From Kiritimatiellia bacterium (GTDB taxonomy: Bacteria; Verrucomicrobiota; Kiritimatiellia; JAAZAB01), in the NCBI GenBank assembly GCA_040767085.1, contig JAXGPF010000003.1, positions 160,001-224,000 of the forward strand: a DNA stretch of 64,000 bases. The letters are read 5' to 3'. The translations under genes and the position numbers were made by a program. The stretch's first letter is position 1. Each line of letters starts with the position of its first letter. The notes under the pieces are model-generated. The model had not been told where the DNA came from. It saw only the letters and a program-made list of their open reading frames with translations, and searched no databases. This document shows positions 41,901 to 51,048 of this stretch, in pieces.

Positions 41901-42025
41901 TGGCCGACGTATCACCTTCCGCCGAACAGTCCGCCCTGGGAAAACTTCTCGCCAACTGGAACGCGGTCATGGTCGGCAAGGCCGCCATGGCCGACAAGCG
42001 GGCCGGACAGCAGCAACTGCTTTAG
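38912..42025 (+). CDS. DUF1156 adenine-specific DNA methyltransferase
   Basis: TLHLWWAR (DUF1156), DMFAGGGTIPLEA (motif I), TDPPYYD (motif IV), Zn-ribbon cysteines. Confidence 0.9.
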   Translation: MQKNSDRRLIEDYLPIEAISAEASREKSIRKGHISTLHLWWARIPLVTCRAAIYSALVPASRFVPNNGADNKKKSLGRANSARFVKGLCRYPSETKPEDKISIERAIQEAQRHVLATHAERLTAELADWKAGQTGKPGWVDEFKWKPACCDTECGAGRGETVTIEDIVAGRAPRPRVMDMFAGGGTIPLEALRLGCEAYANDLNPVAHIIQLCTLVYPQKYGKPDPTARGMTGPKNEKGETTWGGLADEVRCWGDWVLNKVKAEIGDLYPLIPDPDYKGKKPALQPDWFKEHDTEDVPAGYLMPAAYFWTRTVRCKNPSCRATVPLVKQTWLCKKDGKYIAMRMIAPKGKKEVRFEIVETPSEARLGFDPTAFSKAGNASCPFCNTVADSDYVKVEGCEKRIGEQLMAIACTRPGARGKVYLSLADAPTADIHEEAIVQQLKALCGKTGLTVPNEPIVTDAKNSCWTPLYGFSTFGDIFTPRQKLCLLHFCCAVRSAEQHMKKDGISQEHTLAIATSLGILVDRVASQSNTCCIYHTGGEKIENSLGARSLPLTWDFVEANPLGNVTGSAANQIDWIVAVYEELQKVRNTAALNRGSAVELPYADASIDAVITDPPYYDNVPYANLSDFFFAWMKRSIGHLYPAHFAGTATPKKSEAVADATRHGGSKDAARKAYEKMMAAAFAGAHRALKPSGEMVVVYAHKTTLGWSTLVDALRGSGFTVVEAWPVIITISGGKVKVGKAMLADAIFLVARKRDATSKAGNYEADVVPELGNIVRERVDTLWDMGISGADLVIACVGAGLRAFTKYPRVEFANGEEVPAERFLMEVETVVLEAILGKLSKTVGAKAGLPAAWSVAQAGATLSGLDPATRFYVLWRYTYGGAELDAGEAIIFANGTHVELDGPHGLSTGVRRLVEKKKGKYKLLDFTERGQDEKLGISEESQAGSPTVDALHRILWLVAHKPPKIPDFLNETKPNVEQLRLVAQALAGPALKGGELADVSPSAEQSALGKLLANWNAVMVGKAAMADKRAGQQQLL
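41458..41490. repeat. 33-bp palindromic REP-like insert inside the methylase CDS
   Basis: CCTGCCTGC-N15-GCAGGCAGG perfect 9-bp inverted repeat; length divisible by 3. Confidence 0.65.
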
Positions 42026-42042
42026 AAACGACAGGTTTGGAC

Positions 42043-43608
42043 ATGGAACAAATATTCGTCAGTAGTGTGCAGAAAGAACTTCAGACGGAGCGGATTGCCG
42101 TGCGGGACTTCGTGCGTGGGAACGACTTGTTGCGGCAGTTCTTCAAGGTGTTTTTGTTCGAGGACCTGCCTCCTGCGGATCGGCGCGCGGATGACGTGTA
42201 CTTGGAGCAAGTCAAGGCAAGTCCGATCTACCTGGGGCTCTTCGGCCATGAGTATGGGCGTGCTAACACAGCGGGGATCTCCGCCACGGAGCAGGAGTTC
42301 GACTGCGCCACCCGGCTGCGCAAACGGCGGCTCATCCTGGTCGAGGGACGGGATGACAAAAATCGCGAGCCGAAGATGGCGGCGCTGATCCGGCGGGCGG
42401 GCGACGAGTTGGTCCGCCGGCGGTTCGAGAACACCGACGAACTGCTGCGCCTGCTGTACGGTAGCTTAATTCAATACCTGCAGGACCGCGGATTCGTGGC
42501 CGCGAAGGATTTTGACGCGGCGCCGTGCGAGAACGCGACCCTTAACGACATCTCGGTGGTGAACGTTCGTCGGTTCATCGAAAAGGCGCGGGCCGAACGC
42601 AAGTATGCTCTGCCGTTGGAGACCGCGCCCGAGCAGGCGCTGGCGCACCTGAACCTGCTCGCGGGTCGGATTCCGTCGAGGGGCGCGGTCCTGCTCTTCA
42701 GCGAGCGGCCTGAGCGGTTCATGCCGTCGGCGGAAGTTACCTGTCTGCATTTCCACGGCACCGAGGTGGCCAAGCCGATCCCGAGCCAGCAGGTGTATCG
42801 AGGTCCCTTGTTCGAGGTGGTGGACAAGGCGGTTGATTTCGTCATGGACCGCGTGGCGCGGCGTGTGGAGCCGGGCCAGGCGTCGGTGGCCAGCACCGTG
42901 ACCTATGAGGTGCCGCACGGCGTGATCCGCGAAGCAGTTGTGAACGCGGTGGCCCATCGCAACTATGCATCGAAGGCGGCGGTGCAGGTGATGGTGTTCG
43001 CTGACCGGATCGAGGTATGGAATCCGGGCGGCCTGCCCGAGAACCTAACGGTAGAGGAACTCCATCGCCCACACCATTCGGTTCCTCGCAACCGATTGAT
43101 CTGCGAGCCTCTCTATTTGGCACACTACATCGAGCGGGCGGGTACGGGCACGCTGGATATGATCCGGCTGTGTCGCGAGGCCGACCTGCCTGAACCGGAG
43201 TTCCGGCATGAAGGAGAACGATTCGTGGTCGTGCTCTGGCGGGACTGGCTGACGGATGCGGTTTTAGCGGGACTGGAGTTGAATGAGAGGCAACGGCAGG
43301 TACTTACCGTGATCAAGAGGGATGGCAGGATCACAAATGCCGTCTACCAGAGAGTCGCGAATGCCAGTCGGCCAACGGCGAAGCGCGACTTGGAGGATTT
43401 GGTTGCGAAGGGGGTTGTGGCACCGGCAGGGGCGGGACGCGGCGCCCGCTACGAGTTGCTCCGGAAACGGCTCACAAATGGCTCAAACGGCTCATCCGAG
43501 TTCAAAACAGGAAATGGCTCACAAATGGCTCACAGAGCAACAACGGGGACTCATCACAGACCCCTCAAAAAAGGGGACGCCAGAAGACCAAAAGAGGTAG
43601 AATCATGA
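42043..43608 (+). CDS. DUF4062 + HATPase_c_4 (RecG-C-like) + wHTH protein
   Basis: IFVSSVQKEL..ER, YLGLFG.EYG, SATEQE; REAVVNAVAHRNY, NPGGLP, ERAGTG; ITNAVY..TAKRDLEDLV. Confidence 0.8.
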   Translation: MEQIFVSSVQKELQTERIAVRDFVRGNDLLRQFFKVFLFEDLPPADRRADDVYLEQVKASPIYLGLFGHEYGRANTAGISATEQEFDCATRLRKRRLILVEGRDDKNREPKMAALIRRAGDELVRRRFENTDELLRLLYGSLIQYLQDRGFVAAKDFDAAPCENATLNDISVVNVRRFIEKARAERKYALPLETAPEQALAHLNLLAGRIPSRGAVLLFSERPERFMPSAEVTCLHFHGTEVAKPIPSQQVYRGPLFEVVDKAVDFVMDRVARRVEPGQASVASTVTYEVPHGVIREAVVNAVAHRNYASKAAVQVMVFADRIEVWNPGGLPENLTVEELHRPHHSVPRNRLICEPLYLAHYIERAGTGTLDMIRLCREADLPEPEFRHEGERFVVVLWRDWLTDAVLAGLELNERQRQVLTVIKRDGRITNAVYQRVANASRPTAKRDLEDLVAKGVVAPAGAGRGARYELLRKRLTNGSNGSSEFKTGNGSQMAHRATTGTHHRPLKKGDARRPKEVES

Positions 43609-43896
43609 CCGATCTATCACCTTTCAATCACCCAACCGCCGGAATCCAGCACCCGTTCGCGCCACGCAAGTCCCCACAGTGTGAGCAATTGACTGATAAA
43701 CGACCGACATTCGGGCTGAATGGACCGATCCGGCATACCCCCTCATCCTTGTTTCCAATGAATCCACCGACAATCTATCGACGTTCCGGCCGAATCTACC
43801 GATCAGGCATAGGACTGCGCGGGCGAATCGAACGCGACCGGAAAGGGCGGAACCGGACATGAACTACTTTGTTATCAGCAAGAATGGAGACATGAA

Positions 43897-46746
43897 ATGA
43901 CTACACCCAAGCCCTGGATTGAATCGGTCCGCCTGCACCCCGACGTGCTCAAGGAAAACGCCGATACTGACATCTTCGCCCTGGATCTCGGCCCTCTGGC
44001 CGACGGGTCCGGCACGGTTGCGTCGGTGTACCGTGATGCCGAGTCCTTTTTCCGGGCGTCCTACGTGACAGCCGGGTTGAAGTCGCTCCTCGATGAGGTT
44101 CTTAAACGGCTGTCAGGCAAGGGCGGCGCGCCTGTGCTCAAACTCATGACGCCTTTCGGCGGCGGCAAGTCCCACACGATGGCAGCCCTGCTGCATGCGT
44201 CGCGCGACCGCAAGGCGCTCGACGTGCTGCCCGAAGCCAAGGGACTTGCCAGCCCGACCGACGTGCGTGTCGCTGTGGTGGACGGACAGTTCTTCAACGC
44301 CCAGCAAGGCAAAGAGGCCGATGGCGTCCGCGTGCAGACACTTTGGGGTTGGCTCGCGTTGAAACTTGGTGGGAAGGCCGGCTATGAAACCATGCGCGCC
44401 AATGACGAGGCGCGGGTGTCGCCCGGCGGCGACGACCTCTTGAAGCTCTTTGGGGACAAACCGAACCTGATTCTGCTCGACGAGGCGCTGGAGTATTTGA
44501 TCAACGCTGGCGGAGTGAAGGTTCTGAAGACCGATCTTCGGGAGCAGACGCTGAACTTCCTGAAGGAACTGTCTGTTGCCGTTGCCAATGCCCCTCGGAC
44601 TGCGCTGGTCATGGCGTTGCCATCGAGCAAACCAGGCGAGACTCTGCACCACTTCCAGTTGCTACAAACCCTGGACCACTTCATCGGACGCAAGGATTCT
44701 CTTCGCGAACCCGTGGAACAGGACGAGGTGTTCAGGGTTATTCAACGACGATTGCTGGAGAAGATGCCGGATGACGAGGTGGCGGGGCTGGCCGCGTCGG
44801 CTTACCAGGAGCTTTTCACGCAGATGCGGAAGGCATACGCGGCAAACCCGGCGGAAGAACAGCAAGCCGGTGAAGAGGGTATTCAACTCCGGGACCGGAT
44901 GCGGATGGCCTATCCGTTCCATCCGGCCATCCTCGACTTGATGCGCCAACGCTGGGCATCCTTGCCGGAATACCAGCGCACGCGGGGCGCCCTGCGCTTC
45001 CTGGCGGCCTGTCTGCGGGCGCACCACAAGGCGGGTAAGAGCGGCGTCGTTCTTGGCCCTGGTGACGTAATGCTTGCCGACCACGAGGTCCGGCGCGCCA
45101 TCATAAAGGAACTCGGCCTGATGAACCGGTTCGACGCCGTGTTCCAATCGGACCTTGTGGGCGCAAACTCGACTGCCGGGCGGATTGACAAACTCCGCGC
45201 CAAGTCCAACCCTGCCGAAATTGGCAAGAATGTTGCCCAGCGACTTGCGTCTGCGATCTTCCTCTACTCCTTCGGCGGGTTGCGGCGAGAGGGTGCGGGC
45301 TCAACGGAAGTCCTCCCTCCCGGCGTGTCGGAGGCCGATCTGCTTGCCGGATGTGTGGGACCCGATCTCGACAGTCTGACGGCGAAGGCGTGCCTGTCGG
45401 AACTCAAGCAGTCTTGTCTGTACCTGCACTTCGACGGCGTGCGCTACTGCTTCAAGCAGGACCCCAACGTCACGTTGCTGATCGAGCAGGAAGCCGATGC
45501 GGTGGCACGAGATGAGAGCCTCGTCACTACGCAAATCAGGACGATGCTCGAAGAGCGGCTGGCGGGGCATCATGGTGCCATCGCCTGGCCTGCGGCCTCA
45601 GGCGAGATCCCCGACGAGCAGCCACGTTTCCAAATCGCCTATCTTCCCCTCTCGTTCAGCGGGTTGTCGGCGAAGGCACGGGACGCCGCGGCGCTCGATC
45701 TGGTCGAGAAATACGGCGGCACCCCCCGCAAGTACCGGAATGGCCTCGCGCTGGCGATCCCGGCAACAGACCAAGCAGAAAGTCTGCGACGGGAAGTCCG
45801 ATACCTCAGCGCGGTGGAAAGGGTCAGCAAGGCGGCCAAGAAGCATAATCTGACCAAGGAACAGGCCGACGAACTACGGGAACGGAAGGCCACACATGGC
45901 AGTGCCGTCGAGTCCGCTTTCGGAAAACTGTACCCCGAGGTCTGGCTCCCGAAGCAGGAACAAGGGAATATCGGCTTCGAGAAGATCACGGTTGGCGGAC
46001 GCCCTCTTCAAACGACCGTGAACGCGCAGCACCTTGCGATGGTTTTCGAACGGAACATGGAACTGCTGACTCAAGTCCAACCTCGCGTCTTCTCCAAGTT
46101 GAACCCCGTCAAGGTTGTGGAACTCTTTAAACTGGGCGAAGAAGATCCGCCGAAGATGGGCATTCGATGCAGTGACATTGTGAGCGGGTTCTACTCGTTC
46201 CTTGGCTTTACCCGGCTCACGACCAAGGAGATCGTGCAGGCTGCCATTGCTCGCGGCGTTCAGGAAGGTGTTTTCGGGTACTTCACCGGTTCAGCCCCGA
46301 CGATGGACGCTGGTGGGAAGTACCAAGTCGCGCGGAGCAAGGTGCGGTTTGAGGTTCCACTTGCCGCGGATGAGGTTGACCTCGAGTCCGGTTTCATCAT
46401 GCTGCCAGCGGTAATCCCCGCCGATATGTCTGCCGGAGACCCCGCGCAGGCGGGGGCGGCCCCGATCTCAGGTACCACTCTACCGCCAGGACCGACTCCG
46501 CCTCCTGTACATGGAACCGGACCAGGCCCGATGCCGCCGCCACCGCCGACGGAGAACTACGTCCAGTTGGAATTTACCGCCAACCGGGACCAACTCTTCA
46601 CCGCATGGAACGCCATTGCCAACCTGGCCGACATGGCCGGCACGGTGAAAGTCAATATTACCGCCGAATCCAACAAAGGTTTTGACAAGAGCAAACTTCA
46701 AAACGGCGTCTTGGAACCGTTACGGGAGGCAGACCTGATCTCATAA
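43897..46746 (+). CDS. DUF499 family ATPase
   Basis: LHPDV..FALDL, TPFGGGKSH (Walker A), LILLDE (Walker B), AYPFHP, QRTRGALR. Confidence 0.88.
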   Translation: MTTPKPWIESVRLHPDVLKENADTDIFALDLGPLADGSGTVASVYRDAESFFRASYVTAGLKSLLDEVLKRLSGKGGAPVLKLMTPFGGGKSHTMAALLHASRDRKALDVLPEAKGLASPTDVRVAVVDGQFFNAQQGKEADGVRVQTLWGWLALKLGGKAGYETMRANDEARVSPGGDDLLKLFGDKPNLILLDEALEYLINAGGVKVLKTDLREQTLNFLKELSVAVANAPRTALVMALPSSKPGETLHHFQLLQTLDHFIGRKDSLREPVEQDEVFRVIQRRLLEKMPDDEVAGLAASAYQELFTQMRKAYAANPAEEQQAGEEGIQLRDRMRMAYPFHPAILDLMRQRWASLPEYQRTRGALRFLAACLRAHHKAGKSGVVLGPGDVMLADHEVRRAIIKELGLMNRFDAVFQSDLVGANSTAGRIDKLRAKSNPAEIGKNVAQRLASAIFLYSFGGLRREGAGSTEVLPPGVSEADLLAGCVGPDLDSLTAKACLSELKQSCLYLHFDGVRYCFKQDPNVTLLIEQEADAVARDESLVTTQIRTMLEERLAGHHGAIAWPAASGEIPDEQPRFQIAYLPLSFSGLSAKARDAAALDLVEKYGGTPRKYRNGLALAIPATDQAESLRREVRYLSAVERVSKAAKKHNLTKEQADELRERKATHGSAVESAFGKLYPEVWLPKQEQGNIGFEKITVGGRPLQTTVNAQHLAMVFERNMELLTQVQPRVFSKLNPVKVVELFKLGEEDPPKMGIRCSDIVSGFYSFLGFTRLTTKEIVQAAIARGVQEGVFGYFTGSAPTMDAGGKYQVARSKVRFEVPLAADEVDLESGFIMLPAVIPADMSAGDPAQAGAAPISGTTLPPGPTPPPVHGTGPGPMPPPPPTENYVQLEFTANRDQLFTAWNAIANLADMAGTVKVNITAESNKGFDKSKLQNGVLEPLREADLIS

Positions 46747-46747
46747 A

Positions 46748-47006
46748 CCTATATCCGGCAGTTGGCAAGTTTGCTGCAGATGCGCTTGCCTACGTTTCGC
46801 GCAAGCAGGCGGCGCGAAGGATGAAGCTGTATAAGCATACCGCGAATCCTTCGTCACAAAGCAGATGCAGTAAAATCGCCACCCCCTTCCGTGTTTAAAA
46901 TTCAGGAAACTTTTTTTACACCCAATAGGCGCAGGGTTATTCAAGCATAATGTATTTATTCTCAACCTTTTATCACGTTTCCTGAATTTCACATGCCGGA
47001 TATCCA
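46748..47006. mobile_element. Degenerate second copy of the 27691 MITE family
   Basis: Core GGCGCGAAGGATGAAGCTGTATAA..ATACCGCGAATCCTTCG..ACAAAGCAGATGC shared with ~27729-27786; ATATCCGGCA / TGCCGGATAT inverted ends. Confidence 0.6.
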
Positions 47007-47208
47007 ACAAGCCCAAGAGTTGTCTGCAAAAATACCGCCTGACGGACAAAGGCTGGACAATCCTCAAGCAGGGAGGGCACCCATGAACTATCCGGCTGAA
47101 TCCCGAATTCAGTCCTATAGTTCTCAATACCGTGCAACTGGTGGATTTGCGTGAGATCGGGGAGTTGATTGAAGTATTGCGCAATTCATAGGCCAAGAAG
47201 GAGACATT

Positions 47209-48291
47209 ATGGCGCTTTGGAAAATTGGCGGCAACAAACCCCTAAAAGTAAAACAGACACACTTGCCTCAGGAAAAACTATTGGAGGAACATCTTGAAAA
47301 TTGGATTCAGATGGAACCAACCTTGTTGGGTGAGCCTCTTTTAATTATAGGCCGGCAAGTCATAATCCCCGATACCAAGGACAGATTGGACCTGCTCGCT
47401 CTGGACCCACAAGGTCAAGCCGTTATTATTGAGCTTAAACGCGGCAAGATTAAAGACCCGGTTGACATTCAAGCGCTTCGATACGCCAGCTACATTTCAA
47501 AATGGAAATTTGATCAATTTGAAAGCGTAGCACGTAACTTTTTCGGAAAATCGGGCGACTCGGAATTTAACTTTAACGAAGTTTTCGAAACTTTCTGCCA
47601 GGAATCCGGTTCTGATGAAGTCCCGGACTTAAACGAAGACCAACGGGTAATTATCGTTGGTTCTTCCGTGCGGGACAAGCTTGGTAGCGTCGCTTTATGG
47701 CTTAGAGATCATAATATTGACATCAAACTCATAGAGGTTACAGCCTATAAGGAAGGTGAAACAGTTTTTATCGAGCCCAATGTCATTGTTCCGCTTCCTG
47801 TCAGTAGATTTGCTAAAGTAGGGAAAGGGCCTACTAAAGGCACAGCGGCCTGGCAAACAGATGGGCAAACTTGGCATCTTGAAAAACGATGCAGCCCAAA
47901 AACAAAAGAGATGTTAATGGTGTTCGACAAAGACATCCGAGAAGCTCTTCCTGTTGATGGTCCACATTGGGATCAGAAACAATATGTTGCTTATCGCAAA
48001 AACAATTATAATTGGTTGTGTATCCATACTCTGCCAAAAACGCTGATTTTTGATTTTAATGTGAAAGCCGGCACGTTTAAGTCCGATATTCTTGCCAAGA
48101 CTTTGGGTGTCGTGAAATTCGATAAAGATGAAACTATGTCGGAAAAACTGAACCTGCCAAGTTCTGTTACTGTCCGCAACAGAAACGAAACGCGCGATCG
48201 TATTCGTCTTCGCGTGAAAGCTGATTTTGATCTCAAATCAAAAACATTTATCCAGTTTATGACCCAGGCATTTGAATTATGCCCGAAGTAA
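47209..48291 (+). CDS. NucS/DUF91-like PD-(D/E)xK endonuclease with C-terminal DUF5655-like domain
   Basis: E..LE.WI, RLDLLALD..G..VIIELKRG...QALRY; AAGGAG RBS. Confidence 0.75.
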   Translation: MALWKIGGNKPLKVKQTHLPQEKLLEEHLENWIQMEPTLLGEPLLIIGRQVIIPDTKDRLDLLALDPQGQAVIIELKRGKIKDPVDIQALRYASYISKWKFDQFESVARNFFGKSGDSEFNFNEVFETFCQESGSDEVPDLNEDQRVIIVGSSVRDKLGSVALWLRDHNIDIKLIEVTAYKEGETVFIEPNVIVPLPVSRFAKVGKGPTKGTAAWQTDGQTWHLEKRCSPKTKEMLMVFDKDIREALPVDGPHWDQKQYVAYRKNNYNWLCIHTLPKTLIFDFNVKAGTFKSDILAKTLGVVKFDKDETMSEKLNLPSSVTVRNRNETRDRIRLRVKADFDLKSKTFIQFMTQAFELCPK

Positions 48292-48405
48292 TATTCTGCG
48301 TATTTGCTAAATACTGACACTCTGGAATATAAAACTGGAATAAAGATACATCAAACCGGTATTGCGTCTGCCGTATAGGAATATATTTTGATGGAGCAAT
48401 GAATC

Positions 48406-49317
48406 ATGTTCGAAAGACTATTCGCCAAGCGCGGGTTGTCGTTGGATCGGTTACGGGTTTTACTGGAAGTCCGCGAGGCGGGCAGCGTCGTCAAGGCGGC
48501 AGGGGGGGATCCGGTCCGGCAAAGCCAGTATAGCCGGCAATTAAAGGAACTGGATGAATATTTCAGTGTGGAATTGACCTGTCGCAAGGGGCGGCATCTG
48601 GTATTGACCGCCGCGGGCGAAGAATTAGCAAAATTGGTGCAAGAGCATTTTGTGGCACTTGGCAATTTCAACAGGCGCGTGGCAAACGAACCGGTGCCGG
48701 TCTTCATCGGCGCGGGTGAAAGCCTGATCCACTGGCTGTTGTTGCCGCTTGCCGGCAAACTACAGCGCGAATTGCCCGGGATCACCCTGCGAATGATCAA
48801 CCTGACTTCCACTATGATCAATCAAAAATTGGTTGATCGGGAGATAGACCTTGGCATTCTCCGCAAAGATGCCATTGCGCCCACCATTTTGCATCATGTG
48901 ATTGGTAAAATCGTTTACTCGCTATATGCCCCGAAAGCATTGTTCTCGGGCTCTGTCGCTAAAAAGACTGCTCTGTTGAATAAACTGCCGGTCGCAACAA
49001 TGCCCGGCAATTCATCGTTCGGACGGCATTTGCACCAGTTGGCTGAAAAAGCCAATATCCGTCTCAATGTCCGGCTTGAATGTGACACTTTTACCGGATT
49101 GGCACAGGCGGTCCAAACCGGAGAATACGCGGCCATCCTGCCCGATCTGGCCGCTTACGCCATGGATGAGCAAACCGACAAAATCACTTTGCCACTGCTT
49201 AAACCGTTGACGCGCGAAATAAGTCTGGCCTGGCTGCAACGCAAGGTTGATTTATGTCCCGAATGGGAAAAAACACGACAGTGGCTTACACAAAATCTTA
49301 ATATGACTATAAAGTAA
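48406..49317 (+). CDS. LysR family transcriptional regulator
   Basis: LDRLRV..AGS..KAA..QSQYSRQLKEL..LT.AGE HTH; IDLGI substrate-binding domain. Confidence 0.9.
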   Translation: MFERLFAKRGLSLDRLRVLLEVREAGSVVKAAGGDPVRQSQYSRQLKELDEYFSVELTCRKGRHLVLTAAGEELAKLVQEHFVALGNFNRRVANEPVPVFIGAGESLIHWLLLPLAGKLQRELPGITLRMINLTSTMINQKLVDREIDLGILRKDAIAPTILHHVIGKIVYSLYAPKALFSGSVAKKTALLNKLPVATMPGNSSFGRHLHQLAEKANIRLNVRLECDTFTGLAQAVQTGEYAAILPDLAAYAMDEQTDKITLPLLKPLTREISLAWLQRKVDLCPEWEKTRQWLTQNLNMTIK

Positions 49318-49418
49318 TGTGTTATGCGATATTAGCACTGGATAATAATATCGGCAATTGATACATTGCCCGTGTTGAAACAAAAAAGCAGAAACAGTAT
49401 TAGCGGGCTTTATTATTT

Positions 49419-51023
49419 ATGGCCGCAGCAACAGATCAAAATATCGGCATGACAGTGTTCGAACTGCAATCGTTTGAATCCTGGCAAAATCGGATAGAAG
49501 CGGCCGCACAATCCGCCGGCGCCGGCATCACGCGCAAGGGGGCCGGTTGCCAGCTCTGGATGCCGAACCAGTTACTTCCCTTGCGCAAAACCAACTTGCA
49601 TTATGCCGATGGCGTTAAAATTTTCCGGGAATGGCTTGGCCCACGCCGCAACGCATTAGCCATTATCCCTCATCGCGTCTATTTTGAACCCGGCGCAAAT
49701 ACCCCCAGTATCAAGCCGGAACGGATTTTGATTGAAGGCGCACGTCCGGCATTGCCCAGCCCGGACAAACGAATCAGCTCATGTTTGGAATGGGCCGGGA
49801 TTTTATCAAAACATATTGATGGATTTGGTCCTGACCCTATCACGGTCGGACGAGTTCGGCATGATTTACACAAATCAACGCAATTGATTTTTGGCGGCGG
49901 CGCAGTTGTCACACCCGGTTCTAAAATCAGTTTGGCACTGATGAGCCACGGAGGCTATTCCACGCCTGCCCGGCTTCAGATTGAACTCGTGGCGCCCTCC
50001 GCCGCCGCCGGCAAAACAAAAACATATCAAACACTTTTGGCAAATGCCTTGAAGCGCTGTAAATGCCACGGCGTGATCTCGATGTTGACTTACGACAAAT
50101 TGCTGACACGCTTACAATCCGGAACGCCGGTAGCGACGCCCGGCACTTGTATTCTGCTCGCTGTAACCGGCAAAAAAGGCCTGCCGCTGGCCCCGGAATC
50201 CGAGACGCTGATAAATCTCATGGCTAATTTCAACATCCCGTTTCGCATGTTCTCCGTTGACAATCCGGCGCTGAACTGGTCGGCTTTGGATCAAGCCGGA
50301 TCGTTGATTACCGGTGCGGGCGGCATTCCATTCATCACCAAATTACCCTGGCCGGATGATATTGGGGAGCCATTCATTCTGGGAGTGGATGTTGGGCACC
50401 CGCCGACAGGCGAGGAAAGCCAGGTTGTCATTAGTTTAATGGATCATCAAGGTGTTTTGCTGGGGAGTTGGCGCCAATCCCAGCCGCGTGATGAGACAAT
50501 TCACACCGAAACGCTGCAAAATGGATTGACGTGGGCGCTTGAAAAAGCACGGTCAAATATTGCAAACGCAACCCCATCATTCCTGGTGCTGCGCGATGGC
50601 AGGTTGCATAAAGGCGAAAACCCCACATTTTACAGCCAGATACTGGGGCCAAAGACAACATTGATTGAATTTTCCAAACACAACACGCCTGAAATGTTCA
50701 TTATGGGTGCATGCCCGGCATCCGCCAAAGCCGGAACAGAGTGCCTTTTAACCGGTAGTTCCACACCATTTATCACTCCGGTGTCAGCGCGCATGAGCAG
50801 TGATTTATCCCGGACATTCAAAATCAACATGCCACCGGCATGGGATGGCCTGGGGCTTGGAATTGACAGAGTCAGCGAGATTGTGGTAGGATTATCTTAT
50901 ACTTCGGGACTCGGGTTAGCGCCACACGCATTACCCGGCCCAATTTACTGGGCGGACGGCATTGCCGCCATTTGCGAGCACAACCATCAATTTGCGGGGC
51001 AGAATATAATGGAGGGAAGATGA
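49419..51023 (+). CDS. Prokaryotic Argonaute (L2-MID-PIWI), 534 aa, putative DEDD catalytic tetrad
   Basis: LIFGGG/GYSTP L2 linker, AGGIPF, ILGVDVGH (D324), RDETI (E359), VLRDGR (D393), EFSK, LPGPIYWADG (D513). Confidence 0.8.
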   Translation: MAAATDQNIGMTVFELQSFESWQNRIEAAAQSAGAGITRKGAGCQLWMPNQLLPLRKTNLHYADGVKIFREWLGPRRNALAIIPHRVYFEPGANTPSIKPERILIEGARPALPSPDKRISSCLEWAGILSKHIDGFGPDPITVGRVRHDLHKSTQLIFGGGAVVTPGSKISLALMSHGGYSTPARLQIELVAPSAAAGKTKTYQTLLANALKRCKCHGVISMLTYDKLLTRLQSGTPVATPGTCILLAVTGKKGLPLAPESETLINLMANFNIPFRMFSVDNPALNWSALDQAGSLITGAGGIPFITKLPWPDDIGEPFILGVDVGHPPTGEESQVVISLMDHQGVLLGSWRQSQPRDETIHTETLQNGLTWALEKARSNIANATPSFLVLRDGRLHKGENPTFYSQILGPKTTLIEFSKHNTPEMFIMGACPASAKAGTECLLTGSSTPFITPVSARMSSDLSRTFKINMPPAWDGLGLGIDRVSEIVVGLSYTSGLGLAPHALPGPIYWADGIAAICEHNHQFAGQNIMEGR

Positions 51024-51048
51024 GCGATACAGAGAAAAAACAATTTCA

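Noticed and set aside
43605-43862. 85-aa ORF as the missing DUF3780 gene
   Set aside because: Too short, no recognisable motif, low-complexity sequence
33039-46746. DISARM or canonical BREX
   Set aside because: No DUF1998/DrmC, PglZ or BrxL; the content fits the DUF499/DUF1156 restriction-like type
49419-51023. Classical short pAgo system (SPARTA/SPARSA/SPARDA)
   Set aside because: No TIR/SIR2/nuclease-APAZ gene is adjacent, and the catalytic residues appear intact
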